DNA of 57,839 nucleotides, the filler included, from Sphacelaria rigidula (taxonomy: Eukaryota), in assembly GCA_964200075.2 (NCBI GenBank). It is 6 parts of 6 records of this genome, joined end to end, with 100 filler letters (N's around TTAATTAATTAA, not from the genome) between each part and the next. Parts side by side here need not be neighbours in the genome. Positions count along the whole stretch, not along the records: positions 19,315 to 28,871 come from CAXNAA020008227.1; positions 28,972 to 38,528 come from CAXNAA020008228.1; 4 more parts are not named here. The stretch is one strand, 5' to 3'. The notes under the pieces are model-generated. The model saw only the letters and a program-made list of their open reading frames with translations, was not told the origin of the DNA and made no database searches. Below are positions 23,301 to 36,100 of the stretch, one piece after another. Within the stretch, counting starts at the first letter, position 1. Each line of letters begins with the position of its first letter. The position numbers and the translations under genes were made by a program.

Positions 23301-26300
23301 GGTCTTGCTGGAACATGTCCTTTGTGCGGAACAGGGCGCAACCGAACCAAACGGGGCCATGAACGTTTTAGCGTTCACGAAACAGAAGAGTACCCTTTTG
23401 GGGGAGCGGGCGATTATGTTCGTCTCATAAGCCGGGGTGGCTGCAACACGTTCGACGGTGCGCTCACCACGGATGCCCACCAACGTCACCAGTTGCATGT
23501 CTCGAAGCCGTATCGCCGCAACCTCCACCCCAGGAGTGGTCGCAGCGTACCAGCTGTCTTGCGAGTGAGTGCCAAGCCTCAACCCTGGTTCATCAAACCC
23601 GATATTCCTTGTAGGAACACCATTCAGGGGAAGACATTCGTTCAATTAATTATACCGGCGTCGGAAAAAGTGGATCAGGTCGAATTACATCCCCAGCCCC
23701 AAACATGATATCACGATTTCTCGTCAACGTCCCCAACATCGCGCTGAATTCATACTTGGCTAGATCGTCAGACCCGGCCTGAGTGTCACAGGTCGTGTGG
23801 CGATCGCTACCTTTGTCGTGGCGAAGGTGCCACAGATGCCGCAACGGAGCGGAGCACAGGTGAGTCCACTAGTCCATCGTGGCGTCATTTCTGCACATGC
23901 GGAGTGCGCGCGACGTGCTCACCGAGAGGAGCCAGCCAGCGAACGGTAGTTTGAAATCGAAACTGCCTTCAAGCGCATGCAAGATGGGCTGCCTTATGGG
24001 TCCACAGCGCTTATCCGCATCAACGGTAGCGAAAACGAGAACAAGACGTCGTGCACGTGGTGATCGCGCGCATAGCACCAATCTTATGGGGGAGGGCCCT
24101 TTCGTCGGATTGGATGTTCAATATCGGTGACATTATGGTCTGGATCTACGATTCCCAGCAGGCGAGTAGCGGAGGAGATCGATGGTTCAAAGTGTGCTCA
24201 GACACAGTCAGCCACAGCAACCAACGCGCTGTTCCACTTGCCCCCATCACGGCTCTGGGGATGCCGATGACTTCGTACATGACGCAGTGAGCGACGGATG
24301 CCTCGACCTGGACGCTCAAAATGCCATCGATGAAGAGCGCTCGTAGCAAGGTTGTTTTGTTCTTCTTTAACCCATCGGAAGCATTAGTAAATCACCCTTG
24401 TGTGACTCTCGAGGTATACGACTTTGACCGGGGCCCGCTCCCTGAGCACAGCATGTTCCCCGAGGGCCCCCTGCTCGAGCGAGGGATCCGCTTGGCGAGC
24501 GACTAGATTGCTCAAGGGAGAGGTAGTCGGGCAGTTTTTCGAAGGCGTTCCTCGCGAATACATATATCAGGTGGTGTGGAGTGGGGGAACGCCAGGAGAA
24601 AGATCTCTCGCGGATCTCCCCGGGTGCGATCGAAGAAGGCGTCATCAGGCATCTGTTCTTGTACCACGAGTGATAAACGCCCCTCCATCAAACTCCCAAT
24701 GCCGCAGTGTATATATAGGATACGACGATGACGTACGTGGACGGGAAGCGCTCAAGGGAACGATGCCATGGCGGGTGCAGATGTGAAATACGAGCTGGGC
24801 CGGCCTAGACGCGGACTGAGGCTCTGAAAGCGATATCTCACCATTTGTTTTAGCTGAAGATGCAGTGTGCTCCACTGGAATTGTAGGCCATCTTTTCTTT
24901 TCCGGCGGCCTCCTCGGAAGCGCTGCATTGGAGAACCGAGCCAGTCTATCACATGACGTGCTTGCAGGCGTCCAGTTATACTGATCAATTTCAGTGGCCC
25001 GCTCAGCCGGTTAAAAAAAAACAGGTAATGCTCGTTTGTAGTTCTTGATTCTTGGTGATATGAATCGAGCCGACCAACGCTTCCCATATTAAGCTGGTTT
25101 TCTATTCACCAGCTACTCTCGATGCCAAACTGGGGGAGGTTACCGCAGGGGCAGTCGGTATAGGCGGAATATAGTCGGCAGCATGTAAAACAAATACACA
25201 AGCCGAGTGCACAAGCAGCTGATAACTCTCAAGCCTGGAATCGGTTTCTCTAGTGTCGCCCAAATGATGCGGCTCATGCAGTTATTGTCGCCATCGGACA
25301 GTCATTTTCTCGCATGGTATTCTTCCTTTGCACTCGAAAGTGCTAGAGTCGATGGGTGTTGGGGGGGGGAAAGCGGGTCGTGCTCAGGAAGCAATCGTCA
25401 AGTTGGTATTGTCGGGGTAATACGGAGTAAATACCCCGTTTATCAGGAGGATGTTAATGACCGCCATCGGTCCAAAGCATAATGTATTTCGGTTCTGACG
25501 CAACCAACATGTAAAATTTCAGATAAAACGTTTTTTACTTGTTCACGAGAACGATTGGGATCGATTTCATGCGAGAAAAACGACCTAAGAGTCAGAACTT
25601 GGGGCTGTGTAGTCGCAGGACCCCCGAAAACCGGCCACCCTGTATATCGTTGAAGATTGAGTGGAGGGATGGTTTCCGTTCGGAATGTGGAAAATATGCC
25701 AGTGTCTCCCAATCTCCAAACTTTGAGATCAAACATTCACTATCATGAGCAGTGGAACGCGAAACACTGTCAAAAATCGCCGACTGCGAACAATGACAAA
25801 TATCCTCGTATTTGGCCGGCAATTACCATACTTCTATACGTTGGACCTGATACACATGATCGCATTAACAACATTTTGTATTCACTTGCGAGGCGATCGT
25901 CGCGGAGAAACATGCGCATAATACTTGCATTCACTCACCCGGTGCCAAATGCAAAATGCTTTCTTCAAAACATTCAAGCAATCACTGAGGATTCGTTCAC
26001 AAATGGCCATACCTTGATTCACGTGAGTGCATAATATACTCTCAACACTTTTATTTGAAAGCCGTAGTGTGTGAAGGCAAACATGGTGCCTGTACTTTCC
26101 CACGCGGTTGCGGAGTTTGTTCGTATCTAGCGGCATATGAAATCGCGCCCAGCCAGTCGCGTGCGCGTGCCAGTGGTTAAACGGCACAGTACACAGTAGC
26201 ACGCTACGATAGCCTTAATCTCGCAATGATGCGTAGTTATGAGAAGTTGAAGCTGGGATCAGCGCTCATGTATGTGCCCGCGGCGAAGAGCTAATGCAGA

Positions 26301-27910
26301 CGGCAACTCTCAGTAGAAGTAAGCGGTGTATAGTTGGAGCGAATACAGCACCCTCGTCCCGCCCGCCCGTCGACATCTCTTATGCGGCTGCTACTAGAGC
26401 AGCGAATATCTCGTCCACTGACAGATCCTCGTGAGTCTTGTCTGTGCAGAACTCGTTACGGTAGCCGCAATCCCCCCTGTCTCCAATGCTGCCGTTTCCA
26501 TCGCTTGATCCCCAGCCGTCCAAGCAGCCACACAATCCGGTTTCAAAATCTTGAGTGAAGACAAGAACGATACACGTGTGTCGAACGTAGCAAACACGCG
26601 ATGGATAGTACCTGAAGATTCGATTACGTCTCTATGTCTTGCGTACGAAGAGATTCGGAATCTCACGGAATAAATGCCGACAAAAAATGAAGGGCCTTCC
26701 GAAGCTCTGTAAGCAAGATTGTGAGCCATCACGGAGGCAATAAAAGCGGATAGAGACCCTCCTGCCCAATGGGATATACAGTAGTAAAACTGCTGGCATG
26801 TTTTCTGATGAGAAGGCTAGTAATGGTGCTTATCCGACGTTTCTGGGGATAAACGATGTTCGTTTTGTCAAGGGGCCACCGCCAAAGGGTAAATGGAGTT
26901 GTCAGTTGCCTTTGATAGACTGCGGGCGACCTTCGAAGAGAGCAACACTTGACGAGGCAATGACGGCTCTTCACCACAGCTGGCCTTTTCCTCATTTCAA
27001 GTTCATCAAAGGTTTTACCATCTTTTGAAGGTGCGAAATGCCGCATGTCGTAAAGGCACAGTGTGCCTTCCGCAATGCGCCACATGACTGATTGATTGGT
27101 CGATTGACCGATTGATTGAAACCCGGGTCGATCGATCGACTATCTCGCAATAATTGACACGCTGCGAATCTAGCCATGGTCCCAAGATACTACGGACGTA
27201 TCTAGGTGAAATGGATGAATAACATGCAGCACAACCTGACGAAGACACCGGACTAAGAAGTACGGCTATAGAAACGAGCCACAGAGAACACACGGAAAAT
27301 CTTTGTCAAAGCCTTCAGGTGACGAGGTGTGAAAGACGGCTGCAAGTCAGCTATCTGAGGACCCCTTAATTTTACAGGAATTCTGACCTACCAATCCTCA
27401 AAAGCGGAGACACGCAGGCTGATACCACAGCAGACGGGGAAACGTAACATGAGTACTCCATTGCCTGCAATTAAATGTGATGAGATCATAGAGTTTGCCA
27501 CGTTCAAGGGTCGGAAAATAGGTTCATGGCGTACGCGAGGAAAGTATCACACCAGCACAAGGCGAGAAAATGATCCAGAGCTACGACACATCGTTACGAG
27601 AACAAAGAAACTCAGAATGCCCGGTCTGCTATATGCGTTGCCTGAAGCCGCTCGCGTCTCTCTTTTTCGAGAGAGAACTAGATCAAAGTCTAAGGACCCG
27701 GGAGTGTTGACGTAGTACGCAACACCCAAGCGTAAGACGAGTACCGGGGAAAGACATTGGTTCATCCCCGTAGACCACAAGACTCGACACAAAAACATGA
27801 GGAGGATGAGATAAAGAATGCTCCCAAAGATACGCCAAACATGCACACACGTGGAAGATAGAGATCGATGCTGCTGTGGGCAACACCCTCTACCCGGCAA
27901 AGTTGCTCAC

Positions 27911-28031
27911 CGCAGATGCCGTGAGCGCTACACTCCGCGTCTTCTTTGGTACCAACCACCGCAACGTGGACCGCGAACTCGGGGTCTGTTGTGAGCAACG
28001 GCAACGACCCCAACTCCGTTAAAAACGTAAC
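27911..28031 (-). CDS. Exon of a stramenopile-type EGF-like repeat protein (VTFLTELGSLPLL..GTKEDAECSAHGIC), possibly a pseudogene; probable upstream exon at about 28210-28341
   Basis: CAG acceptor and GTGAGC donor. V.F..E.G.LP.L...GTKE..ECS..G.C motif. The upstream segment ends in phase 0 at a GTAAGC donor. The downstream continuation (STGMNQC, about 27760) looks degenerate. Confidence 0.6.
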
Positions 28032-28833
28032 CTGTGAGCGCGCAGGTAAGGGGCTCGGTTTGATGGGGTGCGAGGAAGGTGCCAGAGGGTGCACGTTGTT
28101 GAACGACCGCACTGTAAAGAATGAATCGTCCAACAAGACGTGAACGAGTTGAGAGACGTGTATATCGACATTCATTTCGTATCGAATGGGAAAATAGAAA
28201 GGGGCTTACTACGATCAATGTGCGCGGAGTAGTGGAATACCCGGCATGCGCGCCCGTACCATCATCATGGTCAGGCATTGATGTCGACGCGTTCACTTCA
28301 TGGGCACTCCCAATGGCGCTAGCGCGTTTGAAACCAATGCCCTCGAAAACGCGCCCAGCGAGGCAAGATCACGCAGTAAAATAAGCACATTAAAGGTGAG
28401 TTGATTGCCCCACGGAACACAAACGAACAGGAGGTTTGTCAAACACTTCGTGAGCGCGTCTCCATATCCACGTAGGTATTTGCGCGTATGTGACCTGCGA
28501 CCGGGATCCTCTTCAGAGCAGGTGCGGATTTGGGCATGTTTACTTGTTGCTTCCTTCTTGCAATTTCTTCATCTCCCTTTTTTCCCCGGTTTGCGATATC
28601 TATTATATCGGCTGTGAACCACAAATGACCATCCTTGGAAGAGACTTGATTCTCTCGAAGCATCCCTAGGTCGGAAAAGGATCAAATGTTCGTCAGATGC
28701 TTTGAAAGAACTAGATCTTTATCTGTTCATTTCCAAACGTTTCTCGCATTTGGCCAATGGTGAACTCGCCTTCCCGACATTTGATGCGCTGACACGAACG
28801 CCTCCTCTGTGACGGTATAAGAGACAACCAACT

Positions 28834-28871
28834 AGACTACTGACCAGTCAGCGCTGACTTGTCAGTAGTCT
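28834..28871. repeat. 38-bp near-perfect palindrome at the contig end
   Basis: AGACTACTGACCAGTCAGCGCTGACTTGTCAGTAGTCT, with one mismatched pair. Confidence 0.8.
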
Positions 28872-28971
28872 NNNNNNNNNNNNNNNNNNNNNNNNNNNNN
28901 NNNNNNNNNNNNNNNTTAATTAATTAANNNNNNNNNNNNNNNNNNNNNNNNNNNNNNNNNNNNNNNNNNNN
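28872..28971. other. Artificial 100-nt contig linker
   Basis: N run containing TTAATTAATTAA. Confidence 0.97.
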
Positions 28972-30103
28972 GGGGGGGGGGGAAGCTCGCATGGGGTCTC
29001 GAACCGACGAAATTGGTCCTAGCGCAACTTTTCCCCCATATATTTTCGTACTCCGGATATTTGTTTGTGCTTCTTGATAGATTTTGACCTGGAGCCAGGC
29101 ATAACCGGGTTCAGAACCAGGTGATCTAAAACCAGTTTTTTGCGAGGATCCCATATATATATATATATATATATGCAAAGAGGTGGTGGGGGCCCGGCAA
29201 ATCGAGATTTACTAGTTCCCCCGCGTTTTTGGCAAAACGGTATATTCGACATAACTCGTCACCAACGTGTCCGTGAAACCTTAAGGAAGGTTCATTCGAA
29301 AGCCATGGTCCGTAGCTTTCGAATGGTATGCATTTTGTTGGGTAAATACCCTGGCTCCATAGGGAAATATACCAAGTGGCCTGTGGGCGGGTCCGGGAAA
29401 ATTACCACTAAAGCGATGTTTTCAGACGTGAGAAGAAAAAAAATGTACGTAGCCGGTAGCGGGGGACATATTGAACAAAATACTTTGGGCCTCTTCGACT
29501 CTGTGCGAAGATCGACGTGTACAGCCGAAAAGGAGTGATTTTCCGTGAAGAAAAAAAGTGGCACGCGTGCTCAATTTTGTCTGGCCGCAGCTCTGCGCAA
29601 AAAGGCGATGTGGTTGAATATGTACTTGCTTCTCGCGAAAACCATCATACTTGGGTATTTCCAGAGCTGAACAATCCCGAGTGCTCTCGAAGCATGTGTG
29701 CATCATACGCAGGGAACGTTCGGGCTCAGACCGACTCCCATCGAAACAAAACACGTTTCGGACGAGTTATCGCCGGTTCGGATCACCAAATCCAGGATTT
29801 TTCACGCCTGATTGCTAGAAAGTGAGAAAAGAGACAGGTTGACCGCTGGTGAAAAAAAGCCTCTGCTTGTGCTTTGCGTTATTTCATGTGCTCGGGCTGC
29901 GCGTACATGGGTTGCAACTCCGGAAACACAGCCTAAGGATTGATTCATGTGGTACAAATCAATTACACTAAAATCAAGTAATTTCCAGACGAATCAATAA
30001 TTTGTCCGAACCTTGAAACAAAGCACGCCTCCGTTGCCGGTGTGTTCTCGGTCTGCTGACACTGGTCAAGGTTAGCGTCACCATCCGACAAAAACAAAGC
30101 ATG

Positions 30104-30127
30104 TCAACCATCATCGCGTACTGCCGC
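30104..30127 (-). CDS. MTHFR: Tentative MTHFR terminal exon (AAVRDDG*)
   Basis: CCTTGTTAG acceptor followed by 7 codons and TGA. Inferred only. Confidence 0.3.
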   Translation of the reverse strand, partial: AAVRDDG

Positions 30128-33100
30128 CTAACAAGGATACAATACATCAACCCGCCTCCGTGAACCCGTGGAAAAACACGTACGGCCACGAATCATCATC
30201 CACAGTGTGCTTCACTCGAGTTCGCGAAAATGCGAAAAATAGTCGCATGAGCCTGGACTTCGTTCGTCAACCCGTCCAAAATCGATTATTCTCTGTGAAA
30301 AGCAAGCCTGACAAAGGGTCGGTCGCTAGTGTCTTGCCTATATGTCGAACATATATACAAAAAACACATATTTCTTCCAGGCACGCGTCGCCGATTATTT
30401 GTACCCCGAAATGGAACCCACCATCACTGAGTTCCGAGCAAATGCGTGTATACTGAAAGGTATAGTATGCTCAAGAAAACTACCCCGCCCTATGCGGGCT
30501 TACCATGTCCCTTGTATAATCACTTGACGTTAGTGTGCTCACGCCACTCACTGCGTGAGCCACCTAGACATACGGTTCACAACTTTTGGAGTCAATGATA
30601 GAAAAATGACGATTATCAGTTGACGTTTTCTTGGGTAAGATATGCTTGTTTTTCTGCAAGTGTTGATGCAGCCCACCGAAACGATGTACCACTCTCAGTT
30701 CAAGTATACTAATGTGACAGACTCGTGCACCGAACTCGAAGAGACGCTTCCCCGGTGACCAAAGTTTGTGTATGGGAGTTTGTACATCGTCACTTTTCCC
30801 TCAACGATTCCAAAACGGGTAATCAAAAGGCACTGACGGAAGGTCGCGCATTAGCTGGTCCCCGAGAGATCCAGTCATGCTCACAATATAGCACACCCTG
30901 GACAGTGTGTGGTAAATATATGCAACAGACGAAAATGTACTGGGTAAAGTGTGGGTCTATTGCAACTTATGTAGGTCAATTGTTGCGATAAGGCCATACC
31001 TCACCCAGTACATTTGTCGTCTATTGCATCTATTGACCATGTATCACCCAGAGTGTGCAATGCAGCAAAGGGCCAAGAAACCGATGGCCCAGGATGGACC
31101 ATGATATCCACATAGCATAAAATATTCTCGCCCACGCCATTGTGTGCACAGCAATTTGTACACGAATTTGGTCAAGACAAGAGAATGGTATATTCTTGCA
31201 GGATGGCATTGGACACTCGTGCTTTCTACAAAACCGGTTGGGCGGACGAAAAACGGAAAATCCAGCGACAAAAAAAGTCACAGATCAGGAGCCCTCCTTT
31301 TCAAGTACTTTTCTCCGGCCGTTGCATTGGAATCTCTGGGGATTTGAAATGGTTGATCACGGGCACGAGACATGAGCGTCAGTCGGCCTCACCTGCATGA
31401 TCCCCGAAGATGGCGCTTGATCGTCACCGGCCTCTGCAGCAACGCTTTTGTTCTTGGACGACTTGATCATGCCCAACATCTGCGCATACACATAAACGCA
31501 TTGATGTTAACATGCACGGGGGTGGGGGGAAAGGAGAGGGGCCACGTCGGTCACAGTATGTCAACTCGACCGCTCAACTGTGTATACATGAACGAGTCAT
31601 CACGCTGGTCAAACGTACACCGGAATCATCAGGGGAGAATGTCGCCATCGCACGTGTATGAGGCTCGCACACAGAGAAGAATTGGTTGGTCGGCCACAGC
31701 GTCGCGGCATACCTGCGTTGAATAGTCAGTTACGGCGAAACATTGGGTTGTTTTTCACGGGTTCAAGCCATTTTGATGAAAACGAACCTTGTGTCTTATC
31801 CTCGACTCACGAGGGAGGGAGGGGGGGGGGGAAGGGGGGAAATCAATGTCTTGCAAGAACGTTCGCCACGATGCTCTTGCGACTCTCCACACCTTCAAAC
31901 CACAACTCTCAAAGCCGGACTCCGTGCGTTCCATTCCATTCTTAGGCTAGCTCAACTCGTGCTAGAAGACAGGAACAAACAAGGCTGGGAACATGAACAT
32001 CCAGTTGCACCAACGTTCCAGTTCATCCTTAGGCTAGCTCAACTCATGCTGTGGGACAGGGAAAAGGTTCTTGGGATATGAACATCCAGCTGCGCAGTCA
32101 TCATTTTCTCTTCGAATCTCACCTGAGCCGTGTCTTCCTCGCGTTCAGCGAGCTTGTAGTCTCCCAGCATGCCCAGCCGTCCCAGGATGCCTATCGTAAC
32201 CTTTCACAAAAAATCGTGTCGGCGTGAGGGAGGGGAGGACGAGGGGGGACAGGCGTCCGCCTTTGAGAACGTGGATCACTGAGACACAAGGTCGGGATTG
32301 GAAACGTTTGAGTTTTAAAGCGAAACCGAGGGCCACCTTTGATGTGTCCTACATTTCATTGAATCCTCCTTTAGCGTCCATGCAACAGCACGGCGTTTCT
32401 TATCCCGCCGGGACCCCTGAATTATCGTGTGGCGAACGAGATGAAAGCCTCCATGTAACACATGGGGGTCTGCGCCCGCTAGACCCTCGCCACGCGCAGA
32501 GATTACGCCCTATACCGGTGACGGGTGCACTCTACGAGTAGCCGGTATAAAATTGCGTCTGTAGCAGCAATAATTTCCGCTGTTGTAGGGGTCAACGGCA
32601 ACACTATACCAGCGAGGTACGAAGGCGTACAGGGCACACGCAGCCACCGTGTCCGTCAAATTTGCGTTCCGCGAGAGACAAAGCTAGATAGAGTGCGCGA
32701 TGATACAAGAGTGCAAGGACTCGCACACTTTGGTTGCTTGATCCCGTAAGGCCAACCTGCTGCAATCCCATTGGTGGGGGGAAAAACGCAAAATCGTTCG
32801 AGCGCCCGAGCGGGCATGCTGTTACGACCTCCTCTCGCCTACAACATCGTCATCCCCGGGGCGGGACTGTCAGGAGCCCAGAAAGCCGCGGGTGCTGAAA
32901 CGGCCACCGTGTGATACGCTACATACGACCCCTACGCAGTATACGACTCGTATGTAGTATACGGTACGTCGTATTCGGCACGCCTTCCTGAACAAAACCC
33001 CCGGGTGATGTACAATCGACTGTTCCTTGGCACCATGTCGGTACAGTACTGCACCGCACTGCGGTACGTGGTGCATTATTCCCGAGCGATGTTAATTTCC

Positions 33101-36100
33101 TGAAGTCCCAAACTGTTCATACCCTTGCGGGTTGTGTTTGTATACCGTATTCTACGGTAACCATTCAGATTCATCAGTTTGAACTCGGTTACTGGTGAGG
33201 CGCGAGAAACAACGCTCCCAATCATTACTGGGACTTGTGGGGTCACGTAATTTCCTGGCAGGACACAAAGTGTTTCAATCATCACTTTGTTTACATAGTA
33301 TGTCTATTTTGCCACTGGCGATAATTACACTAACTCAACCCTAACGTTAGTCCTGATCCTACACTTGACCCCAACGAAATGTAGACGATGAGCCCTCGGG
33401 CACAGGGGGAGGGGGGGGGGGGGAACCATACTGGAGACATCGTCACAGCGCGAACGGAAGTGTGGCTGGGGGCAATGGGGTAAAGGGCCGCGTAGCGCCG
33501 CTGCAAGCAACAAACGTCGTATTCAAGAAATGGGAAGCGTCCGTAAGGGTTCAATTAGGGCTTCTGAAATACGTCATTCGTCTTTTGTATATTTTGCTTC
33601 GGATATTTAAACGTGCTGATTTCAGCTTTGTAAGGGAACACGTGCACTACGGGGGAAATAAAAAAAGATGCAACTGATATTTCGTCATATTACCTTGCAA
33701 AGTGAAAATAAGTAAAGGGAAAGAGATTGCACATGTAGGGTACAAGTTCTTTCGCGCGGGTTTCAATCTAATTGTTGCAACACCTTCGACCCACAAGTAA
33801 AGGCGATGCTCGTCATTTCAGCTGGAACTAGTTGCTCCGCTTCGTGCGTCACCGTTCGCTTCGGCACCCCGGCTCCAATGCATGAAGCACCGAGTAGACT
33901 TTGGGTCTAATCGTCGTTGAACACGACCATACCGCTGCCACGGTTGCGGTCATCTGAGCTGCGGCTGCTCATACTGTGATTTTGTACTTGGCCTTCGCGT
34001 CTCCGTGTGCTGGGTGAGGGCTGCGAGCGAATTCTACAGTCGATCGGCCACAGAATAATCCACCGACATACATCACTCTCGCACGAAAAATATTGCCACG
34101 GTGCGGTCAGACTACTTATATCAGATGAGGGGATGCGACGGGTCAAGGATGTTTCACTCCGTGCACAAAGCAAAAACCAGCACCGCGTCCCCTGAGTTTC
34201 ATACAACAAAAATCAGCACCACCTGTATATTTCTCATGTACTCGGTCTCGTGCGGCACTGCGGAACATATATTATATTATATATATATATAGGTTACGCA
34301 CCCCACCGGAGTTTTGTTGTGCTGCAATCCGGAGGTCGTACCCGCCCAGCACTTAGCAAGCGTGCTCAGTCACGTCACAGGAACAAAGTAGCATGGCCGA
34401 GCACACAGAAATCACCTCACCACACGTGGAAGGGTTGCGGTGCGATACAGTCTTGACGCGATTCACCGTCAGTTGAAAGCGGTCGCGGGTCTGAAAGACG
34501 CACCTTCGGCAAAATGGTGGTCCTTGGAAGCTGCAAACAAACAACCATATGTTGTTCTAAAAACAGCTCCTCGGAATACGCACTTTTTACTGCCGGTACC
34601 GAAATGGTTCATTTTATAACAGGGTGTGCTGATGCGCCTACTGATGCGCCGCCCAGGGCATAGCCAATACTTCCACAGTCCTGGCTAGTTCGCACCTTTT
34701 CCAGGTTGAGAGTGTAGAAATGGAGGCCAGGAGCTCCTGCTGCCATGAGGTCGTGGCACACCTGCGTCCCAAACTCTACACCAAACGCCTTCAGAGCCTT
34801 GTCATCGTCCTGCAGCCACGACAACAGCGCGCACAAGGGATCGGGAGGAGGGCGGGGGAGGGGTCCCATTACCTCGCATGTCGTGGTCATGAGGTCATTG
34901 ACCTCGCATTCCTAAAAAGCCGGGACGGAGCACGCCCAATTATCGCCGAACCAGGCTCGCACTCCATCACCGAACGCGAAGCACCATGATGCGTTCGGCG
35001 AGTCGCATAAAGGGTGAGCTGCATCCTGCTGGGATTGTTTTGCTCGAAGCGTACTACTTATCTTGCATGTGGATGTGACAGCCTCGCATAAGTTGTTTTC
35101 TTATTTTTTGGTATCCCCACTTCAAGACAGCCACGGTTACACATTGCCTCATGGGTGTCTCACCATTGGTCGGCGGGGGGGGGGGGGGAATAGCGGCGTC
35201 GAAGGATGATGATGTGTTCGACCGAGTGCGATGGCACGAAATACAGACAATAGACGGGAGGCGAGTACCGAAGCATCACAGGTTGAAAAAATATTGGGGG
35301 GTAGCAATTGCGCTTGTGTGTGTGTGTGTGTGTGTGTGTGCAGGGACGATATTTCCGATGACAATTATTTGGATGTCGACAATTCCGGGAACAATCATCT
35401 CATATTCGGACCACTAGAGGCACTTAATAGCAGTATCAGGCATGTGCCGACCGTTTTCACTCGGGTGCAAAAAAAAAAAAGCACGCCCATCCACACACAA
35501 GAAAACACGCTGGGCACATCAAAACGAATAAACTCGCGTCGCCACAAACGTGGTTGAAAACATCTGGTGGCTGGGTAAACGCCTGGTGGCCCTCCTTTTT
35601 CACGAGCCCCAGCCCCAGCTTTTTCCCCCACCCCGCATTCCTTTTGATGCCCTCTCATCCAATGTATGGAGGTGGGGAGATGACTCAAGGTTGATATGTG
35701 GGCGTACAGTACTTCCGACGTTTCCTGCTCATGACATCTCTCTTCCCTTCTCTCTCTTCCTTTCTTGGAGGCACGCACACCTTGATTTGCTCCATCTTGG
35801 CCATAAGTTCTGGGGGCACCCTGGTGCGGCAAAAGCCGGTCATCTTTATGAAACCGCCCCACGCGTTGATGCACATCATGCCCGGCAGAACAGGAACCGT
35901 TATTCCCCTGCACTCCGAGCATCATTTTCCAGCCGTACCCAAAAAAACGATTTGCCATGACCGCACATGACCAAAAACGCACAGAAACATACACCAATAC
36001 GTACAGAAGGGATGGGGAAAATGCTGGGTTGAGAAATTTAACAAGCAAGGAGGGTTGGGCTAAGCTGGGCCGTTTGAAATCTGAATTTCCATGCGCGTGA

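Noticed and set aside
28815-28826. GTATAAGAGACA as Nextera mosaic-end contamination
   Set aside because: Only 12 of 19 nt match, the flanks differ, and it is not at the very end of the contig.
33328-33376. CCCTAA-like degenerate telomeric repeats
   Set aside because: Only one exact unit is present; too degenerate.
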